DNA of 64,000 nt from the human T2T-CHM13v2.0 reference genome, Homo sapiens, in NCBI RefSeq assembly GCF_009914755.1, contig NC_060935.1, one strand, 5' to 3'. The notes below the pieces were generated by a model. It saw only the letters and a program-made list of their open reading frames with translations. It had not been told where the DNA came from and ran no database searches. Shown here piece by piece: positions 57,785-64,000 of this stretch. A program made the translations under genes and the position numbers. Numbering within the stretch: position 1 is the first letter of the stretch; each line of letters opens with the position of its first letter.

Positions 57785-60700
57785 GGAGGAGGGGCCAAGA
57801 TGGCTGAATAGCAACAGCTCTGATCTGCAGCACCCAGTGAGACCAACGCAGAAGGCAGATGATTTCCGCATTTCCAACTGAGGTACCCAGTTCATCTCAC
57901 TGGGACTGGTTAGCCAGTGGGTCCAACACATGGAGCGCAAGCAGAAGCAGGGTGGGGCTTCGCTTCACCCAGGAAGTGCAAGGAGCTGGGGGACCTCCCT
58001 CCCCCAGCCAAGGGAAGCCATGAGGGACTGTGCTACCCAGCTAGGTTACTATGCTTTTCCCACAGTTTTTGCAATCTGCAGATCAGGGGATTCTTTCATG
58101 TGCCTACACCACCAGGGCCCTGGGTTTCAAGCACAAAACCTGGCGTCTGTTCAGGCAGACACCGAGCTATCTGCAGGAGTTTGCTTTTTTTTTTTTTTCA
58201 TATCCCAGTGGCGCCTGGAACCCTAGCGAGATAGAACCATTTACTCCCCTGGAAAGGGGGCTGAAGCCAGGCAGCCAAGTGGTCTCACTCAGCGAGTCCC
58301 AATCCCATGCAGCCCAGCAGGCTAAGAACCACTGGCTTGAAATTCTGGCTGCCATTACAGCAGTCTGAAGTCAACCTGAGATGATTGAGCTTGGTGAGTG
58401 GGAGTGTGTCCGGAATTGGTGGGTTCTTGGTCTCACTGACTTCAATAATGAAGCCGCGGACCCTCGCGGTGAGTGTTACAGCTCTTAAGGTGGCGCGTCT
58501 GGAGTCTGTCCCTTCTGATGTTCAGATGTGTTCGGAGTTTCTTCCTTCTGGTGGGTTCGTGGTCTCGCTAGCTCAGGAGTGAAGCTGCAGACCTTCGCGG
58601 TGAGTGTTACAGCTCTTAAGGTAGCGCGTCTGGAGTTGTTCGTTCCTCCCGGTGGGCTCGTGGTCTCGCTGGGCTCAGGAGTGAAGCTGCAGATCTTCGC
58701 GGTTGAGTGTTACAGCTCATAAAAGCAGCGTGGACCCAAAGAGTGAGCAGTAGCAAGATTTATTGCAAAGAGCAAAAGAACAAAGCTTCCACAGTATGGA
58801 AGGGGACCCGAGCGAGATGCCAATGCTGGCTCGGGCAGCCTGCTTTTATTCTCTTATCTGGCCCCACCCACATCCTGCTGATTGGTAGAGCTGAGTGGCC
58901 TGTTTTGTCAGGGCACTGATTGGTGCGTTTACAATCCCTGAGCTAGATACAAAGGTTCTCCACTTCCCCATCAGATTAGTTAGATACAGAGTTTCCACAC
59001 AGGTTCTCCAAGGCCCCACCAGAGCAGCTAGATACAGAGTGTCGATTGGTGCACTCACAAACCCTGAGCTAGACACAGGGTGCTGACTGGTGTGTTTACA
59101 ATCCCTGAGCTAGACATAAAGGTTCTCCAAGGCCCCACCAGAGCAGCTAGATACAGAGTGTCGATTGGTGCACTCACAAAACTTGAGCTAAACACAGGGT
59201 GCTGATTGGTGTATTTACAATCCCTGAGCAGGACATAAAGGTTCTCCACGTCCCCACCAGACTCAGGAGCCCAGCTGGCTTCACCTAGTGGATCCCGCAC
59301 CGGGGCTGCAGGTGGAGCTGCCTGCCAGTCCCATGCCGTGCGCTCGCATTCCTCAGCCCTTGGGTGGTCGATGGGACTGGGCGCCCTGGAGCAGGGGGTG
59401 GTGCTCGTCGGGGAGGCTTGGGCCGCACAGGAGCCCATGGAGGGGGTGGGAGGCTCAGGCATGGCGGGCTGCAGGTCCCGAGCCCTGCCCCTCGGGAAGG
59501 CAGCTAAGGCTCTGTGAGAACTCAAGCGCAGCGCCGGTGGGCTGGCACTGCTGGGGGACCCAGTACACCCTCCGCAGCCACTGGCCCGGGTGTTAAGTCC
59601 CTCATTGCCCAGGGCCAGCAGGGCTGGCTGGCTGCTCCCAGTGAGGGGCCCACCAAGCCCACGCCCACCCGGAACTCCAGCTGGCCCGCAAGCGCCGCAC
59701 ACAGCCCCGGTTCTCGCTCGTGCCTCTCCCTCCACACCTCCCTGCAAGCTGAGGGAGTGGGCTCCAGCCTTGGCCAGCCCAGAAAGGGGCTCCCACAGTG
59801 CAGTGGGGGGCTGAAGGGCTCCTCAAATGCCACCAAAGTGGGAGCCCAGGCAGGGGAGGTGCCGAGAGCAAGTGAGGGCTCTGAGGACTGCCAGCACGCT
59901 GTCACCTCTCAGGAGGAGGGTCTACCATTACTGAGGCTTGAGTAGGCGGTTTTCCCCTGACAGTGCTAAGGAGGCTGGGAGGTCTGGACTGGAAGGAATT
60001 TACCACAGCCCTGCAAAGTGGCTGTGGCCAGACTGCTTCTCTAAATTCCTCCTCACTAGGCAGGGCATCCCTGAAGGAAAGGTAACAGCCCCAGTCAGGG
60101 GCGTACAGACAAAACCCCCATTTTCCTGGGACAGAGCACCTGGGGGAAGGGGTGGCTATGGGCGCAGCTAAAGCAGATTTAATCATTCCTGCCTGCTGGG
60201 TCTGAAAAGGGCAGCTGATCCTGACAAGGGGGATTCTCTCAGCACAGCACACCAGCTCTGCTAAGGGACAGGCTGCCTCCTCAGGTGGGTCCCTGACCCC
60301 CATGCCCCCTGACTGGGAGAGACCTTCCAACAGGGGTCAACAGACACCTCATACAGGAGAGCTCTGGCTGGCATCAGGCTGGTGCCCCTCTGGGACAAAA
60401 CTTCCAGAGGAAGGAGCAGGTAGCAATTTTTGCTGTTCTGCAACCTCCACTGGTGATACTCAGGCGAACAGGGTCTGGAGTGGACCTCCAGCAAACTCCA
60501 GCAGACCTGCAGAAGAGAGGCCTGACTGTTAGAAGAAAAACTAACAGAAAGAAACAACATCAACATCAGCATAAAGGACCCCCACACAAAAACCCCATCC
60601 AAAGGTCATCAGCCTCAAAGATCAAAGATAGATAAATCCACAAAGATGAGGGAAAACCATTGCAAAAATGCTGAAAATTCCAAAAACCAGAATGCCTCTT

Positions 60701-63700
60701 CTCCTCCAAATGATTGCAACTCTTCTCCAGCAAGGGCACAAAACTGGATGGAGAATGAGATTGACAAATTGACAGAAGTAGGCTTCAGAAGGTGGGTAAT
60801 AACAAACTCTGAGCTAAAGGAGGATGTTCTAACCCAATGCAAGGAAGCTAAGAACCTTGATAAAAGGTTGTAGGAACCGCTAACTAGAATAAACAGTTGA
60901 GAGAGGAACATAAATGACCTGATGGAGCTGAAAAACACAGCACGTGAACTTTGTGAAGCATACACAAGCATCAATAGCTGAATCGATCAAGCAGAAAAAA
61001 CGATATCAGTGATTGAAGATCAATTTACTGAAATAAGGCATGAAGACAAGATTAGAGAAAAAAGAAAAAAAAGGAAGAAACAAAGCCTCCAAGAAATATG
61101 GGATTATGTAAAAAGACCAAATCTATGATTCACTGGTGTACCTGAAAGTGACAGGGAGAATGGAACCAAGTTGGAAAACATACTTCAGGATATTATCCGG
61201 GAGAACTTCCCTAACATAGCAAAATGGGCCAATATTCAAATTCAGGAAATACAGAAAACACCACTAAGATACTCCTCAAGAAGAGCAACCCTAAGATGCA
61301 CAATCATCAGATTCTCCAAAGTTGAAACAAAGGAAAAATTATTAAGGGCAGCCAGAGAGAAAGGTCAGGTTACCTACAAAGGGAGTCCCATCAGACTAAC
61401 AGCAGATCTCTCTGCAGAAACCCTACAAGCCAGAAGAGAGTAGGGGCTAATATTCAACATTTTTAAAGAAAAAAATTTCAACCCAGAATTTTGTATCTAG
61501 CCAAACTAAGCTTCATAACTGAAGAAGAAATAAGATTTTTTGTAGACAAGCAAATGCTGAGAGATTTTGTCAGCACCAGGCCTGCCTTACAAGAGCTCCT
61601 GAAGGAAGCACTAAATATAGAAAGGAAAAACTGGTACCAGCCACTGCAAAAACACACCAAAATATAAAGACCAATGACACTATGAAGCAACTGCATCAAC
61701 TAATGTGCAAAATAACCAGCTAGCATCATGATGACAGGATCAAATTCACACAAAACAATATTAACCTTAAATGTAAATGGACTAAATGCCCCAATTAAAA
61801 GACACAGACTGACAAATTGGAGAAACAGTCAAGACCCATCAGTGTGCTGTATTCAGGAGACCCATGTCACGTGCAAAGAAACACATAGGCTCAGAAGAAA
61901 GGGATGGAGGAATATTTACCAAGCAAATGGAAAGCAAAAAAAAAGTAGGAGTTGCAATCCTAGTCTCGGATAAAACAGATTTTAAACCAACAAAATCAAA
62001 AAAGACAAAGAAAGGCATTACATAATGGTAAAGGGATCCATGCAACAAGAAGAGTTAACTATCTAAATATATACGCACCCAATACAGGAGCACCCAGATT
62101 CATAAAACAAGTCCTTAGTTACCTACAAAGGGACTTAAACTCCCACACAATAATAGCGGGAGACTTTAACACCCCACTGTCAATATTAGACAGATCAATG
62201 AGACAGAAAATAAACAAGGATATTCAGGACTTGAACTCAGCTCTGGACCAAGTGGACCTAATAGACATCTACAGAACTCTCCACCCCAAATCAACAGAAT
62301 ATACATTATTCTCAGGGCCACATAGCACTTATTCTAAAATTGACCACATAATTGGAAGTAAAGCATTCCTCAGCAAATGCAAAAGAAAGGAAATCATAAC
62401 AGTCTCTCAGACCACAGTGCAATCAAATTAGAACTCGGGATTAAGAAACTCACTCGAAACCGCACAACTACATGCAAATTGAACAACTTGCTCCTGAATG
62501 ACTGCTGCGTAAATAACAAAATTAAGGCAGAAATAAAGAAGTTCTTTGAAACCAATGAGAACAAACAGAAAATGTACCAGAATCTCTGAGACACAGCTAA
62601 AGTAATGTTAAGAGGAAAATATATAGCACTAAATGCCACATCAGAAAGTGGGAAATGTCTAAAATCGATGCCCTAACATCACAATTAAAAAAACTAGAGA
62701 AGCAAGAGCAAACACATTCAAAAGCTAGCAGAAGACAAGAAATAACTAAGATCACAGCAGAACTGAAAAAGGTAAAGACATGAAAATCCCTTCAAAAAAA
62801 TCAATGAAACCTGGAGCTGGGTTTTTGAAAAGATTAACAAAATAGATACACTGCTAGCTAGACTGATAAAGAAGAATAGAGAGAAGAATCAAATAGACAA
62901 TAAAAAATGATAAAGGGGATATCACCACTGATCCCACAGGAATACAAACTACCATCAGAGAATACTATAAACACCTCTATGCAAATAAACTAGAAAATCT
63001 AGAAGAAATGGATAAATTCCTGGACACATATACCCTCCCAAGACTAAACCAGGAAGAAGTCAAATGCCTGAATAGACCAATAACAAGTTCTGAAATTAAG
63101 GCAGTAATTAATAGCCTACCAAACAAAAAAAGCACAGGAACAGATGGATTCACAGTTGAATTCTACCAGAGGTACAAAGAGGAGCTGATACCATTCCTTC
63201 TGAAACTATTACAAACAATTGAAAAGGAGGGACTCCACCCTAACTCATGTTATGAGGCCAGCATCATCCTGATAACAAAACCTGGCAGAGACACAACAAA
63301 AAAAAGAAACTTTGAGGCCAATGTTTCTGATGAACATTGATGCAAAAATCCTCAATAAAATACTGACAAACCAAATCCAGCAGCACATCATAAAGCTTAT
63401 CCACCATGATCAAGTTGGCATCAACCTTAGGATGCAAGGCTGGGTTCAACTTACACAAATCAATAAATGTCATCCACCACATAAACAGAACCAATGACAA
63501 AAACCACATGATTATCTCAATAGGTGCATAAAAGGCCTTTGATAAAATTCAACATCCTTTCATGCTAAAAACCGTCAATAAACTAGGTATTTATGGAACA
63601 TATCTCAAAATAATAAGAGCTATTTATGACAAACCCATAGCCAATATCATACTGAATGGGCAAAAACTGGAAGCATTCCCTTTGAAAACCAGGACAAGCA

Positions 63701-64000
63701 AGGATGCCCTCTTTCACCACTCCTATTTAACATAGTATTGGAAGTTCTGGCCATGGCAATCATGCAAGAGAAAGAAATAAAGCATATTCAAATAGGAAGA
63801 TAGGAGGTCAAATTGTCTTTGTTTGCAGATGACATGACTGTATATTTAGAAAACCCCATCATCTCAGCCCAAAAACTCTTTAAGCTGATAAGCAACCTCA
63901 GCAAAGTCTCAGGATACCAAATCAGTGTGCAAAAGTCACAAACATTCCTTTACATCAAAAATAGACAAGCAGAGAGTCAAATCATGAGTGAACTCCCATT
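57785..64000 (+). mobile_element. 5'-intact, inactivated older primate L1PA (continues past window end)
   Basis: YY1 motif ccaagatggc at ~57796; ORF1 ATG 60646 with TAG at 60871; ORF2 from 61728 (MTGSNSH..LNVNGLN) with frameshifts and stops; RT motif LFADDM at ~63820. Confidence 0.95.
58405..59911 (-). mobile_element. LTR12C (ERV9) solo LTR inserted in the L1 5'UTR
   Basis: Minus strand starts TGAGAGGTGACAGCGTGCTGGCAG and ends CCAATTCCGGACACA; TSD GGAG (58401-58404 / 59912-59915); tandem CCAAT-box repeats; CpG-rich. Confidence 0.95.

Noticed and set aside
58900-59260. Regularly spaced repeats superficially like a CRISPR array
   Set aside because: These are the internal CCAAT-containing tandem repeats of LTR12 in a mammalian genome, with no unique spacers or cas genes.
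59055-59945. Long GC-rich ORFs (230, 143 and 127 aa)
   Set aside because: They lie in the LTR12C U3 region, where high GC content depletes stop codons.
60646-64000. L1 ORF1/ORF2 as an active retrotransposon
   Set aside because: Multiple stops and frameshifts, and an LTR interrupts the 5'UTR.

Overview
Human-type genomic DNA matching the CHEK1-ACRV1-(PATE cluster) locus; I assign it to chr11q24.2 from the recognised genes. It contains the last two coding exons and 3'UTR of CHEK1 (+, 8376-~11780) and the complete four-exon ACRV1/SP-10 gene (-, CDS 35420->27234, 798 nt = 265 aa + stop). The main hidden element is a three-exon LY6/uPAR three-finger (PATE/ACRV1-like) pseudogene on + (52366-53701) with intact splice sites but two frameshifts. 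A second PATE-like signal-peptide exon with a dead GT->AT donor lies head-to-head on - (47623-47671). Other notable items: a probable Alu-derived CHEK1 terminal exon inside ACRV1 intron 3, an Alu+U2 snRNA chimera sharing one target-site duplication (TSD), and splice sites encoded by the ACRV1 pentapeptide repeats. The rest is interspersed repeat: ~26 Alus, old L1s, solo LTRs (MLT1, MER21, LTR10-like, MER31, MER9, MST) and a 5'-intact dead L1PA carrying an LTR12C in its 5'UTR. Almost all ORF-track entries are repeat-derived noise. Repeat subfamily names come from recalled consensus motifs and their boundaries are approximate.
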